Below are positions 1 through 10,364 of a stretch of 64,000 nt of DNA, in pieces (within the stretch, counting starts at the first letter, position 1; every line of letters starts with the position of its first letter). A program made the position numbers and the translations under genes. Source of the stretch: an uncultured delta proteobacterium (lineage in GTDB: Bacteria; Desulfobacterota; Binatia; HRBIN30; BPIQ01); the NCBI GenBank assembly GCA_963761335.1, contig CAVXGR010000018.1, forward strand, positions 480,001-544,000, in the 5' to 3' direction. The notes beneath the pieces were generated by a model. It was not told the origin of the DNA. It worked only from the letters and a program-made list of their open reading frames with translations, and searched no databases.

Positions 1-8
1 GCGCCGGA

Positions 9-1457
9 GTGCGGCGTGGCGACCGTGTCGCCTTCCTGGCGCCGAACGTTCCGGCGCTTCTCGAAGCCCACTTCGGCGTGGCCCTCGCCGGCGGGACTCT
101 GGTCGCCGTCAATACCCGCCTCAACGCCGATGAGGTCGCCTACATCCTCAACCACTCTGGAGCGCGCCTCTACGCCGTCGATGCAGAGCTGGCGCAGTCG
201 GTCGGACCGCCGAGAACGTCGATCCCCGGGGTCGAGCGCGTCGTCACCATCGACGACCGCGAGTTTGCTCCGGACGCCGAGCGGATCTTCGACGGCCCCG
301 AGTACGAGGAGTTCATCGACGTCGAGCCCGATGCTGATCTGTGCTTCCGCGTACCCGAAGAGGACGACGTCTACTCGATCAACTACACGTCAGGGACCAC
401 GGGCCGTCCCAAAGGAGTGATGTACACCCACCGCAGCGCCCATCTGAATGCGCTCTCCGAGATCATCGCCCATCGCCTCGAGCCGTCCTCGGTGTTTCTC
501 TGGACCCTGCCGATGTTCCACTGCAATGGATGGTGTTTCCCCTGGGCGGTTAGCGCCGCCGGGGGTGTCCACCTGTTGCTGCGCAAGATCGAGGCGCCCA
601 ACGTCTGGCGCCTGGTGCGCGAGGAACGGGTGACGCATTTCAACGGCGCCCCGACCGTGCTGATCATGCTGATCAACGATGCCGCGGCGCCGACCTCACG
701 CTTGTCGCAGCCGCTGCGCATCGCCACCGGCGGCGCTCCGCCGTCGCCCACGTTGCTCGGGCAGTGGGAGGCGATCGGCGCGCAGATCACACACCTCTAC
801 GGGCTCACCGAGACCTATGGCCCGCACACCTACTGCGATTGGCAGGCGCAGTGGGATGAGCTGCCGGCCGACGAGCGCGCTCGACTGCGCGCGCGTCAGG
901 GAGTGGCGAGCGCCGTTGCCTGCGAGCTGCGCGTCGTCGACGAGTCGATGCGCGACGTGCCCGCCGACGGGGCCAGCATGGGCGAGGTGGTCATGCGCGG
1001 CAACAACGTCATGCGCGGCTACTACGAGCAGCCGGAGGCAACCGCCGAGGCCTTCCGCGGCGGCTGGTTCCATTCCGGCGACGTCGCCGTAATGCACCCG
1101 GACGGCTACATCGAGCTGCGCGATCGCAAGAAGGACATCATCATCTCCGGCGGTGAGAACATCTCGACCATCGAGATCGAGCAGGCAATTGCGCGCCATC
1201 CCGACGTGCTCGAGGTCGCAGTGATCGCCGTGCCCGACGAGAAATGGGGGGAAGTGCCGAAGGCGTTCGTGGTTCCCAAGGAGGGACGCCGCGTGAGCGC
1301 CGCCGATGTCATCTCCCACTGTCGCGCGCAGCTGGCCCACTTCAAGTGTCCGAAGTCGGTGGAGATCGGGCCGCTGCCGAAGACCTCCACGGGCAAGGTG
1401 CAGAAGTTCGTCCTGCGCGAGAAGGAGTGGGCCGGACGCAACACGCGCATTCACTGA
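9..1457 (+). CDS. Acyl-CoA synthetase (AMP-forming), probably 5'-truncated by the window edge
   Basis: Motifs YTSGTTGRPKG, YGLTET, GWFHSGD, DRKKDIIISGGENI and PKTSTGK. Confidence 0.92.
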   Translation: MRRGDRVAFLAPNVPALLEAHFGVALAGGTLVAVNTRLNADEVAYILNHSGARLYAVDAELAQSVGPPRTSIPGVERVVTIDDREFAPDAERIFDGPEYEEFIDVEPDADLCFRVPEEDDVYSINYTSGTTGRPKGVMYTHRSAHLNALSEIIAHRLEPSSVFLWTLPMFHCNGWCFPWAVSAAGGVHLLLRKIEAPNVWRLVREERVTHFNGAPTVLIMLINDAAAPTSRLSQPLRIATGGAPPSPTLLGQWEAIGAQITHLYGLTETYGPHTYCDWQAQWDELPADERARLRARQGVASAVACELRVVDESMRDVPADGASMGEVVMRGNNVMRGYYEQPEATAEAFRGGWFHSGDVAVMHPDGYIELRDRKKDIIISGGENISTIEIEQAIARHPDVLEVAVIAVPDEKWGEVPKAFVVPKEGRRVSAADVISHCRAQLAHFKCPKSVEIGPLPKTSTGKVQKFVLREKEWAGRNTRIH

Positions 1458-1526
1458 TGCGTGGGCGATCTTCCTCTTTCGAGGGTACGTTCCGGCGTGA
1501 GCCCGGTCAAAACGCCGCGGGGGCTC

Positions 1527-2261
1527 TCACTTCGGCATGGGTGGCGGCTCCTTCTTGGAGTAGCCCGCTGGAACCTTCGTGAGCTGCGCTGGCGGGGACT
1601 TCTCGGCGATCTCAGTGATCTCGGAGACGGACTGGATCTTCTGTGGCCCGATCTGAATCGTGCTGGTGATGCGCAGCGGGGTTCCTTTAGTCTGAACGAT
1701 GGCCATGCCCACCGGTCTTCCCGGGTCGCTGGCGCCCCCCATCGGTCCGAGCATCTCCTGCGCTTGCTTGCTGACGCTCGGCGTCGCCAGGTCCTCGGCG
1801 AACCAGACGGAACCCATGCCGCTGACCTCGGTGATCTGGTACTCCCGAGCCTCGTGGCCGGCAATCTTTTCCGTTTTGCCGGTCGGCTTCAGAACTGCGG
1901 GTTGGTCCAGCTTGAGCTTCTTGCGGACCTCCTCCGGAATGCTCTGGGCCTGCTCTTTCTTCCGCGCCACCTGCCTTCGCAGGTCATCGAAGGTGCGCAC
2001 CACGTACGTCTTGTCGGCGGTGTTGACCGTGGTCGCGGTCTCTGCCCCGGGGTCGATGATGACGTAGGTTTGGCCCTGATCGATGATCCCGAGGGTGTCT
2101 GTCCAGTACAGAGTCTGCCCTGAAACCTGTTCCGGCTGCCCGGGGACGGAGCTGCGGAATTGTTCCTTGAGCATCAGGTCGGTGGCGTGGCCGGCGCTGG
2201 CGGAGCCGGCCACGAGAAGAAGAATGCTGAGAAGGCGCATGGATCGCATGGTGATGTTCAT
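1527..2261 (-). CDS. Secreted protein, DUF4412-like
   Basis: N-terminal signal peptide, 'TGKTEKIAGHEAREY' segment and a C-terminal 'VPAGY', typical of DUF4412/GLPGLI-like proteins. Confidence 0.6.
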   Translation of the reverse strand: MNITMRSMRLLSILLLVAGSASAGHATDLMLKEQFRSSVPGQPEQVSGQTLYWTDTLGIIDQGQTYVIIDPGAETATTVNTADKTYVVRTFDDLRRQVARKKEQAQSIPEEVRKKLKLDQPAVLKPTGKTEKIAGHEAREYQITEVSGMGSVWFAEDLATPSVSKQAQEMLGPMGGASDPGRPVGMAIVQTKGTPLRITSTIQIGPQKIQSVSEITEIAEKSPPAQLTKVPAGYSKKEPPPMPK

Positions 2262-2305
2262 TACGTGATCAGGCGATGGCGTTCAAGCAGAGGCGGGCTT
2301 CGTCG

Positions 2306-3451
2306 TCAGCGGCGCACCAGCCCGGACTCCTGAAGCGCCTCGCGGAGAAGCTGCCGCACCGGCGGCTCCCAGGGGAAGGAGAGGTGACCGCCCTCATACC
2401 AGACGAGCCGAGGCTTCTCCCAGTGATACCAGAGGTCGCGTACGTGCTCCGGAGGAACCAGGCGATCGACCAGACCGGCGAACAGATAGCGGCGGTCGCG
2501 GTGCACGCGCGGCGGCAGCGCCAGCGGCGAGATCACTCGCAGCACCGGCTCCACCGCGTCCGACAGAAATCCCCCGCCGTTGGCGTAGCGGCGGATGAGC
2601 TTCGGCATGTGACGGTCTGCCAGACGGGCGAAATCGGTCGCCGGGATGCCGGCGATGACGCAGGCGAGGTCGTCCTCGATGGCCGCCAGGAGAGCCGCCG
2701 TGTAGCCGCCCAGCGACAGGCCGTAGATGCCCACCGCGGGCGCTCTCTGGGCGCGCACCCAGCCGAGGAGTCGGCGCATATCCCACATCGCCTGCGCTTC
2801 GGCGTGGACGGCGTTCATGACGTCGCCGGTGAGGAATCCGTCGCCGCTGCGGCGGCCGATCTTGCGGGGCCCGTGCAGGGGCAGCACCGGGAGAATGAGA
2901 TTGAGGCCGAGGCGCTGGTACAGCCACTGCGCCTGGAACCCGGCGAGGTCCACCCCCGGAGCTCCCATTCGAAAGCCGTGGATGCACATCAGCCACGGTC
3001 GCGGCCGCCCGGGATGGCGCAGTACCCAGGCGTGAGCCGTGTGGTTGGCGTCGTAGTGCAGCCATCGGGCGCGCCCGGGCTCGCCGAAGTGCGGCTCGAA
3101 GCCGCTGTCGAACTCGAGGTGAGTGAACGGCAAGTTGCGCCAGCGCCGCGAGCGCAGGCGCGGCGACTCGAGAGCGGGCGGCGTGCGGTGGTAGCGGATC
3201 GGCTCGTCGGCCCAGCCGCGATACTCGAACAGCTCGCGGGCGGCCAGAACCTCCGCCTGGATGCGCTCCCGATGGGAGCGCGACGGAAGCGTGGCGCCCG
3301 AGAGCGCGACCGCAACCTCGTCGACGGCGGCCTTCAGAGCCAGCGCCAGAGATTGTCGCGGCACCGGGATGTCGGTGTGTGAATGCTCCAGTAGGGCTCG
3401 CCACGACTCTGGAAGCAGAGTCGCCAGACCCAGACTGCGGCTCGCGGTCAA
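2306..3451 (-). CDS. Alpha/beta hydrolase
   Basis: HGF oxyanion motif, GLSLGG nucleophile elbow, DRLV acid and GGH histidine. Confidence 0.8.
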   Translation of the reverse strand: MTASRSLGLATLLPESWRALLEHSHTDIPVPRQSLALALKAAVDEVAVALSGATLPSRSHRERIQAEVLAARELFEYRGWADEPIRYHRTPPALESPRLRSRRWRNLPFTHLEFDSGFEPHFGEPGRARWLHYDANHTAHAWVLRHPGRPRPWLMCIHGFRMGAPGVDLAGFQAQWLYQRLGLNLILPVLPLHGPRKIGRRSGDGFLTGDVMNAVHAEAQAMWDMRRLLGWVRAQRAPAVGIYGLSLGGYTAALLAAIEDDLACVIAGIPATDFARLADRHMPKLIRRYANGGGFLSDAVEPVLRVISPLALPPRVHRDRRYLFAGLVDRLVPPEHVRDLWYHWEKPRLVWYEGGHLSFPWEPPVRQLLREALQESGLVRR

Positions 3452-3637
3452 GAATGTGTTCCCCCGGCCGCTACACTAGCTTCGCGCCGACCATTATCCA
3501 AGGATATTTCTTCGTCGCTCTCATCGTTTCCCGTTTCACTTTATCATCCCTCCGGGCACTTGGAAGTCCCCGGGTTCCGAACGGTCATCGCCGCCGTCCT
3601 TGTCGGCCACCCGGCGGTCGCCTACACTAGCGGCTCC

Positions 3638-4726
3638 ATGGGCTCGACCTTCGGCCACCTGTTTCGCATCACCACCTTCGGGGAGTCGCACGGCGGCGGC
3701 GTCGGAGTGGTGATCGACGGCTGCCCGCCGCGCTTGCCGTTGGCCGTCGAGGACATTCAGCGCGACCTCGACCGCCGGCGTCCCGGACAGAGCGCCATCA
3801 CCACGCCGCGAGAGGAGGCCGACCGCGCCGAAATTCTATCGGGCGTCTTCGAGGGACAGACGCTGGGCTCACCGATCGCCATCCTGGTGCGCAACACCGA
3901 TGCCCGACCGGAGGCGTATGCGTCGTTCAAGGACGTCTATCGCCCCTCACACGCCGACTACACCTACGAGGCCAAGTACGGAGTGCGCAACTGGCAGGGC
4001 GGCGGGCGCGCCTCGGCGCGGGAGACCATTGGGCGCGTTGCCGGCGGAGCCGTGGCCCGCAAGCTGCTGCAGGGCATCGGCGTCGAGGTTCTCGCCTACG
4101 TGAAGCAGGTCCACACCATTGCCGCGGACGTCGCCCCTGCCGGCGTGACTCTCGAGCAGGTGGAGGCGAGCATCACCCGCTGCCCGGATCCCCAGGCGGC
4201 GGAGCAGATGATCGCCCGCATCGACGAGGCGCGGCGCCGCGGCGATTCGCTGGGCGGCGTCGTCGAGTGCATGTGCCGCGCGGTGCCCGCGGGCCTGGGC
4301 GAGCCGGTGTTCGACAAGCTCGAGGCCGATCTCGCGCGCGCCGTGATGTCGCTGCCGGCCTCCAAAGGAGTCGAGATCGGCAGCGGCTTCGGCAGCGTCG
4401 TCATGACCGGCATCGATCACAACGACCCGTTCACCGTCGAGGAAGGCCGGGTGCGCACCACCTCGAACCGCAGCGGCGGCATTCAGGGCGGAATCAGCAA
4501 CGGCGAGGACATCGTCTTTCGAGTCGCCTTCAAGCCGACGGCGACCATTCGCCAGGCGCAGGCGAGCGTCGACCGCGGCGGTCAGGCCGTGACTCTGGAA
4601 GCCCGCGGCCGACACGATCCGTGTGTTCTGCCGCGCGCCGTGCCGATGGTCGAAGCCATGGCCTGTCTGGTGCTCGCCGACCATTTCCTGCGACAGCGCG
4701 GCCAATGCGGCGGGTTCTCTGACTGA
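3638..4726 (+). CDS. aroC: Chorismate synthase
   Basis: Motifs [33 protein letters not shown] and RGRHDPC. ATG at 3638 gives MGSTFG. Confidence 0.97.
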   Translation: MGSTFGHLFRITTFGESHGGGVGVVIDGCPPRLPLAVEDIQRDLDRRRPGQSAITTPREEADRAEILSGVFEGQTLGSPIAILVRNTDARPEAYASFKDVYRPSHADYTYEAKYGVRNWQGGGRASARETIGRVAGGAVARKLLQGIGVEVLAYVKQVHTIAADVAPAGVTLEQVEASITRCPDPQAAEQMIARIDEARRRGDSLGGVVECMCRAVPAGLGEPVFDKLEADLARAVMSLPASKGVEIGSGFGSVVMTGIDHNDPFTVEEGRVRTTSNRSGGIQGGISNGEDIVFRVAFKPTATIRQAQASVDRGGQAVTLEARGRHDPCVLPRAVPMVEAMACLVLADHFLRQRGQCGGFSD

Positions 4727-4733
4727 TCCGTCA

Positions 4734-5408
4734 ATGGAGGAATCTCTTCCGGCGCGCTTGCGCCACTTCCTGCGCCGCAATTTTCTCGCCGGCTTGCTGG
4801 CGATCCTGCCCCTGGTGATCACCATCCGCATCATTGCCTGGATGGTCGCCGCTCTGGAATGGGGCATCCACCTGCTGCCGCGCTTCGCGCGCCCGGAGAA
4901 CCTGCTTCCCGTCTACGTTCCCGGCCTCGACGCGCTGATCACCGTGGTGCTGATCGTGCTCGTGGGCTTTCTGGTGTCCAGCGTCGTCAGTCACCGAATC
5001 ACCCAGTACTTCAACGGCGTCCTGCTGCGCATTCCCGTGTTCCGCGGTGTCTATCTGGCGGTGAAACGACTGGTCGAGGCCGTGCTCTCGCCGCAGCACG
5101 AGAACTTCCGTCGCGTCGTGCTCATCGAGTACCCTCGCAAGGGTGTCTACGCCATCGGTCTGCTCACCGGGGTGACCGAGGGCGAGGTGCAGGAGCGCAC
5201 AGCGGCACGGGTGCTCAACATCTTCGTGCCCACCACGCCGAACCCGACATCGGGGTACTACGTGCTCGTCCCCGAGGAGGACGTGATCTCTCTCGACATG
5301 TCGGTGGAGGAAGCCTTCAAGCTGATCATGTCGGGCGGTATCGTCACGCCCGAAAAGCGCCTCGCCGTTGAGGCGGTGCAGCCGCCGGCGAAAGCGCGCG
5401 CTCTCTGA
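4734..5408 (+). CDS. DUF502 family membrane protein
   Basis: FLAGLL N-terminal TM segments, VLIEYPRKG and FVPTTPNPTSG motifs. Confidence 0.9.
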   Translation: MEESLPARLRHFLRRNFLAGLLAILPLVITIRIIAWMVAALEWGIHLLPRFARPENLLPVYVPGLDALITVVLIVLVGFLVSSVVSHRITQYFNGVLLRIPVFRGVYLAVKRLVEAVLSPQHENFRRVVLIEYPRKGVYAIGLLTGVTEGEVQERTAARVLNIFVPTTPNPTSGYYVLVPEEDVISLDMSVEEAFKLIMSGGIVTPEKRLAVEAVQPPAKARAL

Positions 5409-5420
5409 GGCGCGCCGTGG

Positions 5421-6146
5421 TCACGGCGTGAACTGCGGCAGCTCGTAGATTCCCAGCTCCTTCTCGATCTGCGCGACCTCGTCGACGAACTTGCGAAAGC
5501 CCTCGGGGCCGAAGAGCGCGTGCTCGCGTTCTTCGAACTTCTCGCCGAGCTCCGCGTACGCCTTTTGTCCGAGGATCTCGTGAAAAGCCGGAAAGAGTAC
5601 CGTGTCCTCCCGCGCCGCGTGGGGCCGGTACATGCGGATGAAGGCGCGCATCGAGCGCTCCAGGTTCTGGCGATCGGGCTCTTTCTTGATTGTCTCGGGC
5701 ACGGCGAGCCGCATTGTGAGATCGGTCAGCTGCCGCCCGCGCTCGTGCTGCTGCCGCAGCACCTTGGCGAGCTGTCCCAGCTCGCCCTGTTGAAAGCGCG
5801 CGAAGACGAACTCCTCCTCGAGCTTCTCGTGATACTCTTCGATGAACCGGTGAATGATGCCGGTGGCGCTGTGCAGGGTGTCCATCGGTAGGTCTTGGCC
5901 AGCACCCATGCGGCGCATGCCCTCCTCGTAGACCAGCAGGACGCGATCGAGGACCCCGTGCTCCCGCATCAGGTCTTCTGCCGGAGCGACCACCTCCTCG
6001 CCGCCTTGTTTCCCTTTCTTCCGGATTTTTTCTGGCTCGCCTCCGATTGCGGCGCCACCCCATGCTGCCAGCGCCAGCCCCGATGTCGCCGCCGTTACCA
6101 GGACACGCCGCCGCGTGGTGAGCTGCAGGGATTCATCGTCGTGCAT
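5421..6146 (-). CDS. Hemerythrin-like (HHE) domain protein with a probable Tat signal
   Basis: TTRRRVL followed by a hydrophobic stretch. Motifs LMREH, YHEKLEEE, QQHERGR and HAAREDTVLF. Start uncertain (6146 or 6182). Confidence 0.8.
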   Translation of the reverse strand: MHDDESLQLTTRRRVLVTAATSGLALAAWGGAAIGGEPEKIRKKGKQGGEEVVAPAEDLMREHGVLDRVLLVYEEGMRRMGAGQDLPMDTLHSATGIIHRFIEEYHEKLEEEFVFARFQQGELGQLAKVLRQQHERGRQLTDLTMRLAVPETIKKEPDRQNLERSMRAFIRMYRPHAAREDTVLFPAFHEILGQKAYAELGEKFEEREHALFGPEGFRKFVDEVAQIEKELGIYELPQFTP

Positions 6147-6254
6147 TTCAGTCGCCTCCGCTGGCGACAATCCTAAGCGCATCCCGCCTCCGCGGCGAGT
6201 GGGGGGTCTCGGGCGCTCTTGCCTTCCGCCCCGCCGTAGTGCGATGAGTTCCGC

Positions 6255-6617
6255 ATGCCGACGCACATCCGGGCACCGAAGCGCATCGAGGCGGCGGGCA
6301 ACAAGCCGAAGCAGATCGACGAGTACGTGGGGCGGCTCAACTCCGGCACCAGCGAGGTGAGCATCGCCCACATGCGCTCGCCCGAGGGATGGGTGGAGCC
6401 CGGGCAGCGCCCGCAGTTTCGCGAGTACACGGTCGTCCTCGCGGGCATGTTGCGCGTCGAGCACCAGGGCGGTGCGGTCGAGGTTCATGCCGGCCAGGCG
6501 ATCGTCACCGAGCCGGGCGAATGGGTGCGCTACAGCTCGCCCGGCGCCGGCGGTGCCGAATATGTTGCCGTCTGCCTGCCGGCCTTCTCTCTCGAGACGG
6601 TTCATCGGGACGAGTGA
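6255..6617 (+). CDS. Cupin domain protein
   Basis: 120 aa with GWVEPGQRPQFREYTVVLAG and EWVRYS motifs. Confidence 0.85.
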   Translation: MPTHIRAPKRIEAAGNKPKQIDEYVGRLNSGTSEVSIAHMRSPEGWVEPGQRPQFREYTVVLAGMLRVEHQGGAVEVHAGQAIVTEPGEWVRYSSPGAGGAEYVAVCLPAFSLETVHRDE

Positions 6618-6628
6618 ACAGGGAGGAC

Positions 6629-7492
6629 ATGCGGATGGCAGACGTCTCCAAGGCGGTGCTCATCACCGGTTGCTCCACCGGTATCGGTCGGGCCACGGCG
6701 GAGGTTCTTGCCGGCGCGGGCTGGAACGTCTACGCCACGGCGCGCCGGCTGGAGTCGATCGCCGATCTGGCGAGCCGCGGCTGCAAGACTCTGCCCCTCG
6801 ACGTCTGCTCGGAGGAGTCGATGCAGGCGGCGGTTGCCGCCGTCGAGGAGAGGGAGGGCGCCGTTGGCGTGCTGATCAACAACGCCGGCTACGGCCAGGA
6901 AGGCGCCTTCGAGGAGGTCCCGATGGTGGAGGTGCGCCGGCAGTTCGAAACCAACGTCTTCGGACTGGTCCGCCTGACACAGCTCGTCCTGCCGGGCATG
7001 CGCCGGCAGGGCTGGGGCAAGATCGTCAACCTGAGCTCGATCGGCGGCAAGCTGTCGCTTCCCGGCGGCGCCTTCTATCACGCCACCAAGCACGCCGTGG
7101 AGGCGCTGAGCGACGCCCTGCGCTTCGAGGTGCGCGGCTTCGGCGTCGACGTGATCGTCGTCGAGCCGGGCCCCATCAAGACGCGCTTCGGCGATACCGC
7201 CATCGGCAGCATCGACGGCCTGGTCTCCGCCGATTCGCCGTATGCGGCCTTCAACAGTGCCGTCGCCGCCAAGATTCGAGACGCCTACGAGGGGCCGATG
7301 GGGCGGATGGCGGCGCCCCCGGAGGCGGTTGCGCGCGTCATCGCCAAGGCCATCTCGGCGCCGCGACCGCGGTCGCGCTACCTGGTCACGGCCGCGGCGC
7401 GGGTGCTCGTGGGGCTGCGCCGCTGGCTCCCCGACCGCGCCTTCGATGCCTTTCTGAGGACGCAGTTCCGACCACCGTCTCCGGGGCGCTGA
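6629..7492 (+). CDS. SDR family oxidoreductase
   Basis: TGCSTGIG, NNAG and YHATK motifs, with a GGAGG RBS before ATG 6629. Confidence 0.93.
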   Translation: MRMADVSKAVLITGCSTGIGRATAEVLAGAGWNVYATARRLESIADLASRGCKTLPLDVCSEESMQAAVAAVEEREGAVGVLINNAGYGQEGAFEEVPMVEVRRQFETNVFGLVRLTQLVLPGMRRQGWGKIVNLSSIGGKLSLPGGAFYHATKHAVEALSDALRFEVRGFGVDVIVVEPGPIKTRFGDTAIGSIDGLVSADSPYAAFNSAVAAKIRDAYEGPMGRMAAPPEAVARVIAKAISAPRPRSRYLVTAAARVLVGLRRWLPDRAFDAFLRTQFRPPSPGR

Positions 7493-7496
7493 GCGG

Positions 7497-7521
7497 GAGC
7501 GGCCGCGGAGCGCGGCCGCTC
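7497..7521. terminator. GC-rich hairpin after the SDR gene
   Basis: Perfect 11-bp stem GAGCGGCCGCG-gag-CGCGGCCGCTC with no clear U-tract. Confidence 0.45.
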
Positions 7522-7575
7522 TGGCGCCCCGCGTGCGCCTGGTCGACACGGTGCGTTCTCTCCGCAGCGTTTGTG

Positions 7576-7639
7576 CCGATAGTCCGTTTCGTCTCCCGAT
7601 AGTCGAATTGACGCGTTTGCCTCCAATCGGTAGTAGGGT
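7576..7639 (+). promoter_or_regulatory. Putative promoter of the ACP operon with an upstream direct repeat
   Basis: CCGATAGTC at 7576 and 7596, TTGACG at 7608, and TAGTAG (7631) or TAGGGT (7634) as -10 candidates. Confidence 0.35.
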
Positions 7640-7644
7640 CCGAC

Positions 7645-7905
7645 ATGCCCACGCACACTCTCGACGAGATCGTCGACGCCATTGTCACCTTCGTGAATAC
7701 GGAGATCATGGCGCCCGGGCATACGATCGGCTCGACCGACTGTTTCGAGGCGGTCGGCGTCGACTCATTGGCTCTTTTGAAGATGCTGCTGTTCGTGGAA
7801 CGCGAGTTTGGCTTCTTCTTGCCGGACGAGGATCTGGTCGACGGAAACGTCGCTACGGCCACCGCCCTTGGGCAGTACGTCGCCCTCCATTTGGAGCGAG
7901 GCTGA
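7645..7905 (+). CDS. Acyl carrier protein
   Basis: 86 aa acidic protein with a GVDSL phosphopantetheine motif and 'VEREFG'. Confidence 0.9.
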   Translation: MPTHTLDEIVDAIVTFVNTEIMAPGHTIGSTDCFEAVGVDSLALLKMLLFVEREFGFFLPDEDLVDGNVATATALGQYVALHLERG

Positions 7906-7915
7906 GCCGACGACA

Positions 7916-9172
7916 ATGCGGCGGACCCTGACGCTTCTCGGGCCCGATGTGCTGCTACATGCGATGGGCGGCGAACGCCCGAATAACGCCGTATTTGTCG
8001 TGGAGTGCCGCGGGGTCCTGAGTGCCGATCGGGTCCGCCGCGCCCTGGACCAGCTTCTTCCGTACGCACCCTACATGTCGAGCCGGCTCGAGCGTCCCTT
8101 GCCGTGGGGGCGACTGCGCTGGAGAGTCGTGAATGGGCCGCCGCCGCTGGTGCAGCGGCGAATGGGTCCGCGGGAGTCGATCGAGAGCCTCATCGACGAC
8201 GTGCTGAACGAGAGGGTCGACCCGCGACGGCAGGCGTCGCTGCGATTCCTGGTTGTCGAGAGCCATGACGGTGCCCGCAGCTGGTTGGTGCTGGCCTGGG
8301 TGCATCCGCTCATGGATCCCCGCGGGGCGGAGCTGCTGGTCGCCATGCTCAACGCCGTCGATCGCGGCGGCGAGGCCAACGCGTGGGCCGCGAAGCAGAT
8401 GGTGGAGCCGCCGGCGGAGCCGCACAGCCCGCGGAGCCACGGCCGCTTGGCGGAGCGGGCGCGCGCCCAGATCAAAGCGGTTGGTCGCTATCCGGTGACC
8501 TCTCTCGGCCGCAGTGCCACGGGTGCGGGTCGCCTGCGGCACCGTCGGCTCGTCGTGCCGGCCGTGAAGCGTCAGCTGCCCTTGACTCTGGCTCTGGTGG
8601 GGCATGCGGTGGCGGAGTTGCACCGCGAACGCGGTCTCCAAGCCGATCAGCCGTTCCTCGTGCCCATCTCCGTCGATCGGCGTCGCAAGGGAGAGCCCGG
8701 TCCGGTCTTCGGCAACTATCTGTCGTTTCACTTTGCCCGCTTTACCCCGGCGGCGGCAGAGGACGTCGCGGCCACGGCGTCGGCGATCCGCCGCGACATG
8801 GTCGAGGCGCTGCGCGCCGACTTGGTGGAGGCACTCTGGCTCGGGATGAGCTACTCGCGTTACTCGCCGCCGTGTCAGCTCATGCGCCCTTTCCGGGGTG
8901 GGGGGCTGGCGTCCTTCAACTGTGCCGACACGGGCGAGATTCGCCCATCACTGACGACGTTGCTCGGTGCGCATGTGGGCGGTGCCTATCACGCCCCCTG
9001 CGTGCAACCGCAGCCGGGATTGGGGATCTTCTTCAGTCGCTTTGGCGAGACGGAGAGCATCGTCGCCGTCTCTCTCGACGATGTCGTGACCGGGGCCGAG
9101 ATCGACCGGCTGCTGGAGAACGTTGAAAGCCGCCTGGCGGCACTCCGCTCGAGCGCGATCCATGAAAACTGA
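7916..9172 (+). CDS. Stand-alone condensation-domain-like / CoA-dependent acyltransferase
   Basis: HxxxD motif (WVHPLMDPRG), 'VPISVDRR' and 'FGNYLS' segments, about 420 aa. Confidence 0.7.
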   Translation: MRRTLTLLGPDVLLHAMGGERPNNAVFVVECRGVLSADRVRRALDQLLPYAPYMSSRLERPLPWGRLRWRVVNGPPPLVQRRMGPRESIESLIDDVLNERVDPRRQASLRFLVVESHDGARSWLVLAWVHPLMDPRGAELLVAMLNAVDRGGEANAWAAKQMVEPPAEPHSPRSHGRLAERARAQIKAVGRYPVTSLGRSATGAGRLRHRRLVVPAVKRQLPLTLALVGHAVAELHRERGLQADQPFLVPISVDRRRKGEPGPVFGNYLSFHFARFTPAAAEDVAATASAIRRDMVEALRADLVEALWLGMSYSRYSPPCQLMRPFRGGGLASFNCADTGEIRPSLTTLLGAHVGGAYHAPCVQPQPGLGIFFSRFGETESIVAVSLDDVVTGAEIDRLLENVESRLAALRSSAIHEN

Positions 9173-10364
9173 GCAATGCGATGTGCTCGTCGTCGGCGGA
9201 GGGACCGCAGGGGTTGCGGCCGCGGTCGCGGCGGCCCGCGCCGGCGCGCAGACGCGCTTGATCGAGCGCTATGGCTTCCTCGGAGGGATGGCCACAGCGG
9301 GAATGGTGGGCACCATCTGCGGGCTCTATGCGACGGGTTCGGCGGAGCCGCCTCGACTCCTGAACGAGGGCATTGCCGGCGAAGTGGAGGCGCGGCTGCG
9401 GGCGACCGGTTCCGCGCCGACCCGGCGTGGTCGCACGGTGTTGCTGCCCTACGTGCCCCTCACATTGGCGGCCATCCTCGACGATCTCTTGGCCTGCGAG
9501 CCCGGGCTCCGGGCGAGCTTGCACGCAACCTGCGCGGGGTGCGGCGCCACGCCGGACCGTATCGACAGCGTGCGCTGCGTCAGCTGGCGCGGGACGGAGG
9601 AGGTGGTGCCGCGGGTGGTGGTCGACGCGAGCGGTGACGCCATCGTCGCCTGGCATGCCCGACTCCAGACGGAAACCCCCGACGCCGCGAGGCGGCAGCT
9701 GGCGTCGTTGGTCTTCGTGTTCCAGGGCGTCGTCGATGGCACGATCGGTCGGGCGCGGTCGATAGCGGTCCTCCGCGCTCTGGTCGAGGCGGAGCAGCGG
9801 GCCGAGTTGCCTGCCGGTTGCCGGCTGATGAGCTTTCGGGCGTCGGGCCGACCAGGGGAGGTGGTGGCGAAGCTGGCGCTTGACGAGCTTGGCGACCCCG
9901 GAACGGCCGACGATCTCACGCATGCGGAGCGCATCGGTCGACAACGGGTGCGCGCCATAGAGGAATTCCTCGTCCGCCGCGTTCCGGGATTCGAACGCGC
10001 CTTCGTGTCGCACACCGCTCCGCAGGTGGGCGTGCGCGAGAGCCGGCGTTTCGTCGGCCGCGAGCATCTGAGGCGCGAAGACGTGATCGGGGCGCGCAAG
10101 CGAAGCGACGGGGTTGCTCGTGCGGCGTGGCCCATCGAGCTCTGGGAGGCGGGCGGCGACGGCGCCCGCTACGAATACCTTCCCGACGACGACTGGTATG
10201 ACGTGCCGCGCGGTTGCCTCGAACACGTGACCTGCACCAACCTGATCGGCGTTGGCCGGTGCATGAGTGCCACGCACGAAGCCATCGGGTCGGCGCGGGT
10301 CATTGGCACCTGTCTTGCCGCCGGCGAGTCTGCGGGAAGACTGGCGGCCGAACGGGCTCGATGA
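9162..10364 (+). CDS. FAD-dependent oxidoreductase (FAD_oxidored-type)
   Basis: Motifs DVLVVGGGTAG, LGGMATAG, VDASGDA, GVRESRR, YDVPRGCL and GRCMSATH. Overlaps the upstream stop. Confidence 0.88.
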   Translation: MKTEQCDVLVVGGGTAGVAAAVAAARAGAQTRLIERYGFLGGMATAGMVGTICGLYATGSAEPPRLLNEGIAGEVEARLRATGSAPTRRGRTVLLPYVPLTLAAILDDLLACEPGLRASLHATCAGCGATPDRIDSVRCVSWRGTEEVVPRVVVDASGDAIVAWHARLQTETPDAARRQLASLVFVFQGVVDGTIGRARSIAVLRALVEAEQRAELPAGCRLMSFRASGRPGEVVAKLALDELGDPGTADDLTHAERIGRQRVRAIEEFLVRRVPGFERAFVSHTAPQVGVRESRRFVGREHLRREDVIGARKRSDGVARAAWPIELWEAGGDGARYEYLPDDDWYDVPRGCLEHVTCTNLIGVGRCMSATHEAIGSARVIGTCLAAGESAGRLAAERAR

